From: a bacterium
GTDB taxonomy: Bacteria; Cyanobacteriota; Vampirovibrionia; Gastranaerophilales; JBAXKC01
Direction of reading: 5' to 3'
DNA: 18,290 nt
Assembly (NCBI GenBank): GCA_037137535.1
Contig: JBAXKC010000045.1
Span: 1 to 18,290, forward strand
The notes beneath the pieces are model-generated. The model did not search any database, was not told where the DNA came from, and worked only from the letters and a program-made list of their open reading frames with translations. Below are positions 1-7,655 of the stretch, one piece after another; the first letter of the stretch is position 1; every line of letters begins with the position of its first letter. The position numbers were made by a program, and so were the translations under genes.

Positions 1-78
1 GCGGTGATTGGTCTTTTTCACTAGTTTTACTTTTGTTAGCAAACAATCTTTTTCCGCTATTCATTACGTCTATTTATA
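1..78 (-). ncRNA. Putative bridge RNA, 5' part with target-binding loop
   Basis: Nested stems GCGG/CCGC (57-54 with 4-1) and GATTG/CAATC (48-44 with 10-6) enclose an internal loop. The loop holds TTTGCTAAC (43-35, identical to the left target flank 102-94) and AAAAAG (18-13, complement of the right flank CTTTTT). Confidence 0.7.
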
Positions 79-94
79 TATTTTATTGTACGAG
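1..94 (-). mobile_element. IS110-family left end (non-coding, bridge-RNA-bearing), truncated by the window edge
   Basis: Minus strand reads ...TTTGCTAA-CT-cg-TACAAT, with a CT core at 94-93 and a -10 hexamer at 90-85. The flanking repeat copy stops exactly at this core. It pairs logically with the right end at 18104-18124. Confidence 0.75.
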
Positions 95-236
95 TTAGCA
101 AAAACAACAACATAGCAGCTCTTAACCGCTACTGGCTTCTTTTCATACTCTTTGAGCGGTTTTGCACAAAATAATTTTTGAGAAAAGAAGCAAACCGCTT
201 ATGGGCAGTGGGCTTAGTTGAAGCTTTTGCCAAAAG
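93..236 (+). repeat. Dispersed multi-hairpin repeat, segment 1 (3' half only)
   Basis: Contains AAAAACAAC...CTTAACCGCTACTGGCTTCTTTTC...GAGAAAAGAAGCAAACCGCT, shared with the other copies. The 5' half is replaced by the IS110 end. Confidence 0.9.
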
Positions 237-253
237 AATTCATATGATTTAAG

Positions 254-1465
254 CTAAACCTTATAAATAACATTACCATCCTGATTGTATAAATTATTAA
301 TACTATCTTTCATTTTTTGGTCTGGAAAATTCTTGTATTCCTCTTTATACATATTGAAATAAAGCCCTTTTTTATCGGCAAGGTCAAAGATATACTTGTT
401 TCTTACGTCAATTATAAACTTTTTGCCGTCCTCAGCATTGTATTCCAGCCATGAATGATCTTTATTTATCATTAAAGTAGTATTTATACCGCTTAATTGT
501 GCCGTTGCCTTTAAAAACATTGACTGCACCAGACAAGTAGCGACCGAAGCAGGTAAACCCATACTACCTGTTGAAAATTCACCTATATCAACAATACGGC
601 ACGGATATTTTTTTTGCTTGTAGTCTGAATAATATATAAATTTGCCATTCATAATCAAGCCGTTTTCATTGTGTTTTGAGGTATGAATAATCCCGTTTTT
701 CTCATATTCATTAGTAATAAGTTTTGGCTTAAAAAAGTCTGTTTCTGTTTCAAGCAAAGCCTTTGCAATGTTTATTGAAGCTGATTTATCTGTATTTTTT
801 AAGTTTTTGTTTAACTTTTTTGACGCTTCAACCAAAACCTTATCATCTTCAAGATTTATTCTTACTTTGGAGAGAAATTCCTTCCCTATATCATCGTTTT
901 CGGTTAATTTCATCACCCCGCTTGGATAAAACGGCTTGTAGGTAAAAACAAACCCCTTCTCAAAGTCGTCAGACAGCTTAGCAACAGCTTTCCTTCCATC
1001 AAGAACGGCGAGCCTGTTATAATACAGATCGGACATCTGTTTAATCGGTGCATCGGCATTGATGGCATTTGCCTGCTGTAATAACTGCAAACGGATTGAA
1101 GTTATTCTTGCTTTGTTTGAATTATGAATCTGCACCTTCTTCGCTCTGTCTTCACCAGTTGTATTATCTTTTGCTATGTATTTATAGCGTTTATTGTTCA
1201 TTTCCGCCTTATCAACATAACTCAAACCCTTATTTGCAAGCCTATTTTTGGTTTTATAGTCAGTTTTTTCTTGTGAGGCTTTATTTAGATAAGTTTCAGC
1301 CTTATCCAAAGCTTGACCAACTTCCTTTTCTATAATATTTAACTTTGTCTCAACCGTTACATCTTTATCTTCAAGTATATTTAAAGTTTCTCTGTTTTTC
1401 TCGATAATTGCCTTTGAAGAAGCAGACTGCTTAAATGAAATATAAGGATTAGTTAATAAATTCAT
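254..1465 (-). CDS. Hypothetical protein with helical N-terminus and C-terminal transglutaminase-like (Cys-His-Asp) domain
   Basis: 403 aa ORF. The motif ATCLVQSMFLK...GI...DHSWLEY...FIIDV has the spacing of a transglutaminase-like triad. Confidence 0.6.
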   Translation of the reverse strand: MNLLTNPYISFKQSASSKAIIEKNRETLNILEDKDVTVETKLNIIEKEVGQALDKAETYLNKASQEKTDYKTKNRLANKGLSYVDKAEMNNKRYKYIAKDNTTGEDRAKKVQIHNSNKARITSIRLQLLQQANAINADAPIKQMSDLYYNRLAVLDGRKAVAKLSDDFEKGFVFTYKPFYPSGVMKLTENDDIGKEFLSKVRINLEDDKVLVEASKKLNKNLKNTDKSASINIAKALLETETDFFKPKLITNEYEKNGIIHTSKHNENGLIMNGKFIYYSDYKQKKYPCRIVDIGEFSTGSMGLPASVATCLVQSMFLKATAQLSGINTTLMINKDHSWLEYNAEDGKKFIIDVRNKYIFDLADKKGLYFNMYKEEYKNFPDQKMKDSINNLYNQDGNVIYKV

Positions 1466-1496
1466 TGTAAAAACCTTTTAAAAGCTAGTATAATCA

Positions 1497-1575
1497 TATA
1501 AAACAGCTAAAGAAAAAAGTTGCTGTAAGTAAATTTATTATTACATAACAATTTTTGCAATGATCTTGTTTTAAA
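1497..1575. promoter_or_regulatory. Two divergent copies of the bipartite motif RCAAYT-N12/13-TGTTTT
   Basis: GCAACT-N12-TGTTTTATA on minus (1523-1497) and ACAATT-N13-TGTTTTAAA on plus (1548-1575), each 30-40 nt upstream of a start codon. Confidence 0.6.
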
Positions 1576-1611
1576 TTATTGAGCATTAAATATCTTTTTA
1601 AGGGTTTTTAA

Positions 1612-2718
1612 ATGATTGAAACGACAAATCTTTCTAAAATAAATTTAACCTCCCAAAAACAGATAAAAAAGCCTTCTACTATAGATAACAAAAGAAATCT
1701 TTCATCTAAACTGAATTATAAGAAGCAATTAAAAAAAGACGAGTATTCTCTTTCTCAGAAACAGGCTCAAAAAACAGGTATAACTTTAATAATTTTAGGA
1801 GCACTCTTTCTAGCCGCAGTAGGAACAGCCCTATATTTTAAAAAGGCTAAAGACGCCATAATGAAAATATTTAGAGGCGGTAGGGCTGCAATTTCTTGGG
1901 AAAAAAGAGTGCAAACAACACTTCAAAAGTCATCTAATACAGCTATATCTGAATTTGCATCAAAAATAAAACTTACACGCTCTGGAAAAATTGAAGTCGA
2001 AGATAAAAAGAAATTACTGCAACTTATTAAGCAGGAATATATAAAAAACAACCTTACTCGTGATGAATCAAACGAGTTATGTAAATTGGTACATCCGCCA
2101 ATAGCAAGAAAAACAACTGTAACTAAAACCATTAACTACGAGCCATACAATAATTATTACCATAATGACTACTACGATGGATATAATAGGGGACGACTTG
2201 AAGAACAAGTTGATAATATGCGTTATGACTGGATGGAAAATGAACACAGATCGCAAGAAGTTCAACCAGCAAAACAAACGATTTTATTGAATAATAATGA
2301 GCTTTGGAATGAAACGAATAAGACCGCAGAAAATACATTAGGATACGATGCTCCGCATGTTAACGAAGCTCTTAATGATATTGATTCTTCAAGCACTCAA
2401 TTAGATGATTTCCTTAATGAAAGGGAAGATTATGATAATTTTGATGATATATTCAGCAGTTCAGAGGAATCAAGGGATTTTAACTTTGAGAACTCAAGCA
2501 GTTACGAATCTGACAACTTTTCGAACGATTCAAATTACCCAAACGATTATGATTATAACAATTATTCCGATAACTCATATTCTTCAGACTATAACAGTTC
2601 ATCAGATGACTCAGGCAGTTGCCTTTTTGGAAACTCAGACAACTCCGGCTCTGATAACTCTTGGCTCTCTGACAGTTCAAGTTGTTATGACAGTTATGGC
2701 TCGGATAATTCTTGGTAA
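1612..2718 (+). CDS. Hypothetical single-TM protein with basic N-half and acidic Ser/Asp/Asn/Tyr-rich tail
   Basis: 368 aa ORF with TM segment GITLIILGALFLAAVGTALYF and a low-complexity C-terminus. Confidence 0.8.
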   Translation: MIETTNLSKINLTSQKQIKKPSTIDNKRNLSSKLNYKKQLKKDEYSLSQKQAQKTGITLIILGALFLAAVGTALYFKKAKDAIMKIFRGGRAAISWEKRVQTTLQKSSNTAISEFASKIKLTRSGKIEVEDKKKLLQLIKQEYIKNNLTRDESNELCKLVHPPIARKTTVTKTINYEPYNNYYHNDYYDGYNRGRLEEQVDNMRYDWMENEHRSQEVQPAKQTILLNNNELWNETNKTAENTLGYDAPHVNEALNDIDSSSTQLDDFLNEREDYDNFDDIFSSSEESRDFNFENSSSYESDNFSNDSNYPNDYDYNNYSDNSYSSDYNSSSDDSGSCLFGNSDNSGSDNSWLSDSSSCYDSYGSDNSW

Positions 2719-2781
2719 TCAACCATTGTTAAAAAATACACAAAGATAAAAGTTAAAATAATTCATTAATTATTTGTTTTA

Positions 2782-3008
2782 ACAAGTAAATTATCTTCGT
2801 TGCTTTACGGTTTCGATGTCTGAAACCATCGACTAACTTTTTATTTTTTGAAAAATAAAAAGAGCCAGCAAAAACAAAAATATTGTTGGTTCTTTACCGC
2901 TACTGGCTTCTTTTTTTACTCTTTGAGCTTTTTTGCACAAAATAATTCTTGAGAAAAGAAGCAAACAGCTTGTGGATGGTGGAACCTTGGTTAAAGCCTT
3001 TGCGAAAA
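2782..3008 (+). repeat. Dispersed multi-hairpin repeat, copy 2
   Basis: GTAAATTATCTTCGTTGCT...CCATCGACTAACTTTTTATTTTTTGAAAAATAAAAAG...ACCGCTACTGGCTTC...GAGAAAAGAAGCAAAC. Confidence 0.92.
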
Positions 3009-3032
3009 CTATATTTTTAAAGACAAAAACCG

Positions 3033-3070
3033 TTTACAGATTTATTTTTAAAATCAAATAAATCTGTAAA
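3033..3070. repeat. Perfect 15-bp inverted repeat (operator or hairpin)
   Basis: TTTACAGATTTATTT-N8-AAATAAATCTGTAAA. Confidence 0.7.
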
Positions 3071-3136
3071 TCCTTTCATAATAAACCTTTAATGCTTTCA
3101 GACATGTCAAAACACATGTAAATAAATAAATTCGGC

Positions 3137-3164
3137 GCAATTTTTCAAGTCGAAATGTTTTTAT
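3137..3164 (+). promoter_or_regulatory. Bipartite motif GCAATT-N13-TGTTTTTAT
   Basis: Exact match, 48 nt before the ATG at 3212. Confidence 0.65.
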
Positions 3165-3211
3165 AAATATATAGAGGATTTAATAGTATAAGAGTTTTAA
3201 AGGGGATATGA

Positions 3212-3520
3212 ATGGCTGGAATTGGAGCAATCGGCGGCGGCGGATCAAATGATGAATTATTAAAAAAATTAATGCAAAAACAACTGGCACAAGGTTCAGG
3301 ACAAGTTCAAGGCGACCAAAAGGCACAAGGTACGCAACAAGCTCAAGGAGCTAACCCATTTTCAGGCACATTGCCACCCCAAAAACTTGATGAAAGTATC
3401 TTTAAAGACAATAATAAAGTAAAAAAAACAGACGAACCTACTCAAGGCGGCTTAAATCAAAATATGCAGGCTCTTGAAGAGATGATGAAAAAAGAATTTA
3501 TGAAAATGAACGTGGCTTAA
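3212..3520 (+). CDS. Hypothetical Gln/Gly-rich small protein
   Basis: 102 aa ORF with an AGGGG Shine-Dalgarno-like sequence upstream. Confidence 0.8.
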   Translation: MAGIGAIGGGGSNDELLKKLMQKQLAQGSGQVQGDQKAQGTQQAQGANPFSGTLPPQKLDESIFKDNNKVKKTDEPTQGGLNQNMQALEEMMKKEFMKMNVA

Positions 3521-3525
3521 AAAAG

Positions 3526-3648
3526 AATCTCTCGTGACATAGAAAGCACAAACAATCGCACAGCGGAAATGGCTGACAGACTTTGGGGAGCGTATATAAG
3601 GTATGACTATCGCCTTATCTGTTTGATAAGACTTTTACGCGAGAGATT
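3526..3648. ncRNA. Candidate structured RNA of unknown class
   Basis: Closing stem AATCTCTCGTG/CGCGAGAGATT with inner hairpins CAGC/GCTG and ATAAGGT/GCCTTAT. It is GC-richer than its flanks and followed by a terminator. Confidence 0.35.
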
Positions 3649-3660
3649 TTCCAATTTAGC

Positions 3661-3691
3661 AAAAGAGGAGTTTTATCAAACTCTTCTTTTT
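3661..3691. terminator. Bidirectional intrinsic terminator
   Basis: AAAAGAGGAGTTT-tatc-AAACTCTTCTTTT between convergent genes. Confidence 0.75.
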
Positions 3692-3716
3692 GTGTTTATT
3701 TAAAAAAAACAGAAAT

Positions 3717-4781
3717 TTAGGCCGCCAAATTAGCGTCAATAATATCGAGAGCCGATGAGATTCCCAGAGCCTCATCGGCTAATTTAAACTTTACGTCCCC
3801 CACAGAGCCGCCTGACAATTGCCCAAGTACAGTCATAAGTGAGTAAGCAAGGCATACTAAACCAACATGGTTCGTTAATTTATTCCAGCTTTGCATCATC
3901 AAATAATCCAGTCCCAGCTTTTGTTTAGCCTCTCGGTGAAATACCTCAACTTGCCATCTCTTTAAATATCCGACTTTCAATTCCTCGCTTGTAAGATTAA
4001 TATTGTTTGAGCCGATAAAATATTCCTCGTCTTGGTGGCAAAATCGAAGTATTTTAACCTCTCCTTTTATGTCATTAAGCTTACAAATTACACTTTCGTC
4101 ATAATTTAATCCTAATTTCTGCAATTGAGCATTATTTTTAGCAATTTGAACCTTTCTATTCCTTTTCAATCTTGTAAACCAAGTAAATCCTTTCCTATTT
4201 AGCCACTTTATGATTTTCTTTGAGGCAAAAAAACTATCGAACATTATTGTCTTTACAGGGATTTACATCAACAAAGACTTTTTAAGTAAATTTAAAAATA
4301 TATCAGTTTTTGTCTTGTATTCACGCTTGTTTACCAGTTTTGAGCTAACCCAAATGCTGAAATCAAGAGGAATATATATTTTCCCATTTGTCAGTCCTAA
4401 GCTAATAAGTTCATTTTGAGGCATGTTTTTCATCCCTCTTATGCTTTTCAATCCTTTTTTTGTTATTCTATTTTTCGCATATTGCTGCCTCAAAGGCGTT
4501 CCATCCACAACAAGATAGAAATTTAAGGCTGTAAAGATTGGCAATATTAGTTTTGCCAATTGATAGAACAGGTTTTTCCAGTTTATCTTTGATTCTAAGA
4601 AATCATAAAGCGGCCATTTGCTTCTTACTTTAGTATTTTTAGATATTCTATTCGTGCTAAAGCTTCTCTCTTGATAAATTAATCCTATTAAATATTTTCG
4701 GAATGAAATTTTATCGATATCATTTAAAACAAATGATAGAATGTAATTGAGAAATATATTTAGCCAAAATGATTGGCTCAT
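3717..4781 (-). pseudogene. DDE transposase (IS701-like) interrupted by one in-frame TAA at 4265-4263
   Basis: The two ORFs are in the same frame (...LM*IPVKTIMFDSFF...). Catalytic motifs VVDGT, MFDSFF and RWQVEVFHREAKQKLGL are present. Confidence 0.85.
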
Positions 4782-4787
4782 AATTAA

Positions 4788-4823
4788 AGCCTCCTGTTTA
4801 ACTATATTGTGATTCAGGAGGCT
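4788..4823 (-). promoter_or_regulatory. Hairpin sequestering the transposase Shine-Dalgarno (AGGAGG)
   Basis: AGCCTCCTG-N18-CAGGAGGCT, whose 3' arm on the minus strand is the SD just upstream of the ATG at 4781. Confidence 0.65.
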
Positions 4824-4900
4824 ACTTTATTTCAACTCGTTTTTGATTATCCTAATCTTCTGATAAAAATATTAACATAAGTTCAGCATAACGTTTTTAG

Positions 4901-5122
4901 TAAGAACCCTCCATCAACCCCCAACACTAACGAGCGGCTGGCTTCTTTTCTTACTTTTTGAGTTGTTTTACATAAAATAATTTTTGAGAAAAGAAGCCAG
5001 TAGCGGTCAAAAACTGCCATGTTTTTGTTTTTACTCCCTTTTTATTTTTCAAAAAATAAAAAGGGAGTTGATGGATTTATACATCGAAACCGTAAAGCAA
5101 CGAAGATTATTTACAGTTAAAA
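4901..5122 (-). repeat. Dispersed multi-hairpin repeat, copy 3 (loop of last hairpin inverted)
   Basis: Reverse complement of copies 2 and 4, except 4952-4986, which is in plus orientation. Confidence 0.92.
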
Positions 5123-5147
5123 GAAAAAAATTTATGATTAAAACCCC

Positions 5148-6794
5148 TTAATGAACACCAAGGTTTTGAAGTTCATGAACTATTTCTTTAAAGACATTAG
5201 TCCAATCTCCGTGGACTTTTTGCCTGAATATTCTCATTGAAGAATAATAAGGGGAGTCTTTTCCTTTGGTAAACCATCTCCAGTTTGGGGCGTATGGGAG
5301 CATAAGCCATGTTTTAACTCCTAAAGAACCGGCAAGATGTGCAACTGAGGTATCAACAGTAATTAATAAATCAAGTCCCATTATAGCGGCGGCAGTATCA
5401 TCAAAAGAAGTAAAGTGAGAGCCAAGAGATTCAACACTAAAGGAAACTTCTTCAATCTGATTTACACCAGAGCCAACAAGCAAAGAATAAAGCATTACAT
5501 CACTAACGTCAGCTAAAGAATTAAAAGCGGAAAGGTGTTCAACACTTTTTAGTCTATCTCTTAAATCATTGTTTTTAGAATGCCATACAAGTCCTATTTT
5601 CTTAGAGGAATTATTGAAATATTTTTTTGAAAATTCATGAACTTTTTTAGAATCGGAAATTAAAAAGCCATCCGCAAAAGGAAATTTTTCTTCCTTGAAA
5701 AACCAGACAAGGCAAAATAAATTTGTTTGGAGGTCATATTTTACGTCAGAATAATCAAAAGACTGGCCAACAACTTGAACATCGGGAAAACTTCTTTTAC
5801 AAATATCCAAAAGCCCATCCTGAACTTCAAAAATAACTTTTGCACCTGCCTTTATTAAAAACGGAATATATCTTGCATATTGAATAACATCACCGTAACC
5901 GGCTTCATAATAGACAAAAACGGTTTTGCCTTCAAGGTTTCCGCTAAAATCATTAAGATGCTGAACCTTTAAATCTTTTCTTTCAAAAAGAAGCCGTCTG
6001 TATTTAAAATATTCCCAACCGTTTTCAAGGTCGCCTTTTGCAAAATAAGCCCTTGCAAGGTTAAACTTGTATCCATCATAGGACGGATTTAATTTAACGG
6101 CACTATAAAAGCTCTCTATGGCCTCATCGATCATATTTAAATCAAGGTAAGAGTTCCCCGAATTATTATAACTTTCTGCACAATCAGGGTTATTTTCAAT
6201 TGCTTTTTTATTGAAATACAGGGCTTTTTCGAGTTCATACAGGTCGTAATAAAGTCCGGCAAGATTTATGCAAGTAGCCGCACTTGTTGAATCGAGTTCA
6301 TAGGCTTTCAAATAACAATCAAGTGCTTTCTTAGGATTATCAGCTCTTGATAATGCAAAGCCAAGATTGAAATAATCAAGAGCAGTCTCTTTTTCTTTAC
6401 ACACTACCTCAAAAACCTCAGCAGATTTAACAAAATAACCGGAGTAAACAAGTGCTGTTGCATAATTTTGCAAAACATCAAAATCTTCACCAACTAAATT
6501 CAAATATGCCTCATAATACTTTACTGCCTTCTCAAAGCGTTGGAGGTCAAAGCTTATATCCGCAACTTGTTTTAATGCTTCAGCATCAATATTATTCTTT
6601 AAATATTCTTCTAAATAACCAAGAGCAATCTCAAGCTCCTGCGTTTGAACATGTAAAACTCCAATAAAAAACAAAGCCTCAGAATTTGACGGTTCAAAGT
6701 TCAAAACTTCAATATATAATTGCTTTGCCTGCCTAAGATCGCCCTGTTTATGCGAATCAAATGCAGTTGCAAGTTTTTGCTCAACAATTGACAT
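5148..6794 (-). CDS. TPR-repeat protein with C-terminal GT9-like glycosyltransferase domain
   Basis: Multiple TPRs followed by EAGYGDVIQYARY, IGLVW and DTAAAIMGLDLLITVDTSVAHLAGSLGVKTWLML...NWRW...SPYY. Confidence 0.9.
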   Translation of the reverse strand: MSIVEQKLATAFDSHKQGDLRQAKQLYIEVLNFEPSNSEALFFIGVLHVQTQELEIALGYLEEYLKNNIDAEALKQVADISFDLQRFEKAVKYYEAYLNLVGEDFDVLQNYATALVYSGYFVKSAEVFEVVCKEKETALDYFNLGFALSRADNPKKALDCYLKAYELDSTSAATCINLAGLYYDLYELEKALYFNKKAIENNPDCAESYNNSGNSYLDLNMIDEAIESFYSAVKLNPSYDGYKFNLARAYFAKGDLENGWEYFKYRRLLFERKDLKVQHLNDFSGNLEGKTVFVYYEAGYGDVIQYARYIPFLIKAGAKVIFEVQDGLLDICKRSFPDVQVVGQSFDYSDVKYDLQTNLFCLVWFFKEEKFPFADGFLISDSKKVHEFSKKYFNNSSKKIGLVWHSKNNDLRDRLKSVEHLSAFNSLADVSDVMLYSLLVGSGVNQIEEVSFSVESLGSHFTSFDDTAAAIMGLDLLITVDTSVAHLAGSLGVKTWLMLPYAPNWRWFTKGKDSPYYSSMRIFRQKVHGDWTNVFKEIVHELQNLGVH

Positions 6795-6847
6795 TAATAG
6801 CCCTTAACATTCCTATAACCTAGATTTTATCACATTCCTATAAACAC

Positions 6848-7078
6848 GTCATGCTTAAATTGTTTCAGCATCACCTTAAATTATTGGATTTTTACCTCTG
6901 AAATTTGTTCGTTGCTATACGGTTTAAATATCTAAAGCCATCGACTCCCTTTTTATTTTTGAAAAATAAAAAGGGAGTAAAAACAAAAACATGGCAGTTC
7001 TTGACCGCTACTGGTTTCTTTTCTGACTCTTCGAGTTGTTTTACACATAATAATTTTCGAGAAAAGAAGCAAATCGCC
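6848..7078 (+). repeat. Dispersed multi-hairpin repeat, copy 4, preceded by a GTCATGCT..TTCAGCATC REP-like palindrome
   Basis: REP-like unit at 6848-6872 and core from ~6891, including hairpin ACTCCCTTTTTATTTT/AAAATAAAAAGGGAGT. Confidence 0.92.
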
Positions 7079-7283
7079 TTATTTGAATTTACATTTATTA
7101 ACATAAACACAATAAACAAGTAATTAAACACCCATTAACTTCTTTGATAAGAATAAGTCTTAATTTGAATAATAAACAAAAGGAGAATTTATTTAAAAAC
7201 AAGCGGCAAAAGAGATCAAACATATCGTAACAGACTAAAGGATTTCAGGGAACATACAAATTATGTTTCCTTTCGCTGTTAAT

Positions 7284-7655
7284 TTATCTGGCTTTATAGT
7301 TTTTTGCCTTTTCGTATGCTTGTTGAACCGTCGTCTGACAAGTTTTAACTTCATTCAAAAGCAACATATCATGTGCTGTTTTCCTACTGTGAACAGCCTT
7401 AGTTAAAGCCTGCAAGTTATCAACGTTGTTTGAACCGCCAAGACACAAAGGGATCTTATGATCAACCTCAATCCATTTTTGTCCTGCATAGCCGTCTCGC
7501 TTTTTAACAAAATATTTAGTCGTTTGCGATATATCCCGCTCATCTAGGGAGATACAACTTCCAAAACAATCGAAAAGAACTCTGGCATCAACTTTTAACG
7601 CAAACAGAGAGATTAAAAAAATGACAAAAACAACAAATTTAAAACTGAATTTCAT
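7284..7655 (-). CDS. HNH endonuclease with N-terminal signal peptide
   Basis: HNH motif EVDHKIPLCLGGSNNVDNLQALTKAVHSRKT and leader MKFSFKFVVFVIFLISLFALKVDA. The ATG abuts the upstream stop (TAAATG). Confidence 0.85.
   Translation of the reverse strand: MKFSFKFVVFVIFLISLFALKVDARVLFDCFGSCISLDERDISQTTKYFVKKRDGYAGQKWIEVDHKIPLCLGGSNNVDNLQALTKAVHSRKTAHDMLLLNEVKTCQTTVQQAYEKAKNYKAR

Larger units (their letters stand above)
3710..4862 (-). mobile_element. IS701/IS4-superfamily insertion sequence (~1.15 kb)
   Basis: Imperfect terminal inverted repeats CAGAAATTTAGG (3710-3721) and CCTAATCTTCTG (4851-4862), 10/12 match, around a DDE transposase. No clean target-site duplication is visible. Confidence 0.7.

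Noticed and set aside
763-2749. Short ORFs overlapping or antisense to the long CDSs (also 4210, 6452, 7850, 9272, 9799, 10726, 14113, 14575, 16320, 16525)
   Set aside because: They are shadow ORFs of better-supported genes and show no recognisable motifs.
3526-3648. Retron msr-msd, 6S, SRP or TnpB omegaRNA identity
   Set aside because: There is no RT or TnpB in the window, and the diagnostic motifs are not convincingly present.
4245-4265. Programmed frameshift in the IS701-like transposase
   Set aside because: Both ORFs are in the same frame, so the break is a stop codon.
6807-6843. 12-bp direct repeat ACATTCCTATAA twice upstream of the TPR gene
   Set aside because: There are only two AT-rich copies and no other instance, too little to assign a function.
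6892-7131. ORFs 6905-7123 and 6892-7131, plus similar ORFs 9660-9848, 14831-15058 and 14839-15138, as a small-protein family
   Set aside because: They lie on the dispersed repeat. The peptide similarity follows from the DNA repeat, and frame and starts are not conserved across copies.
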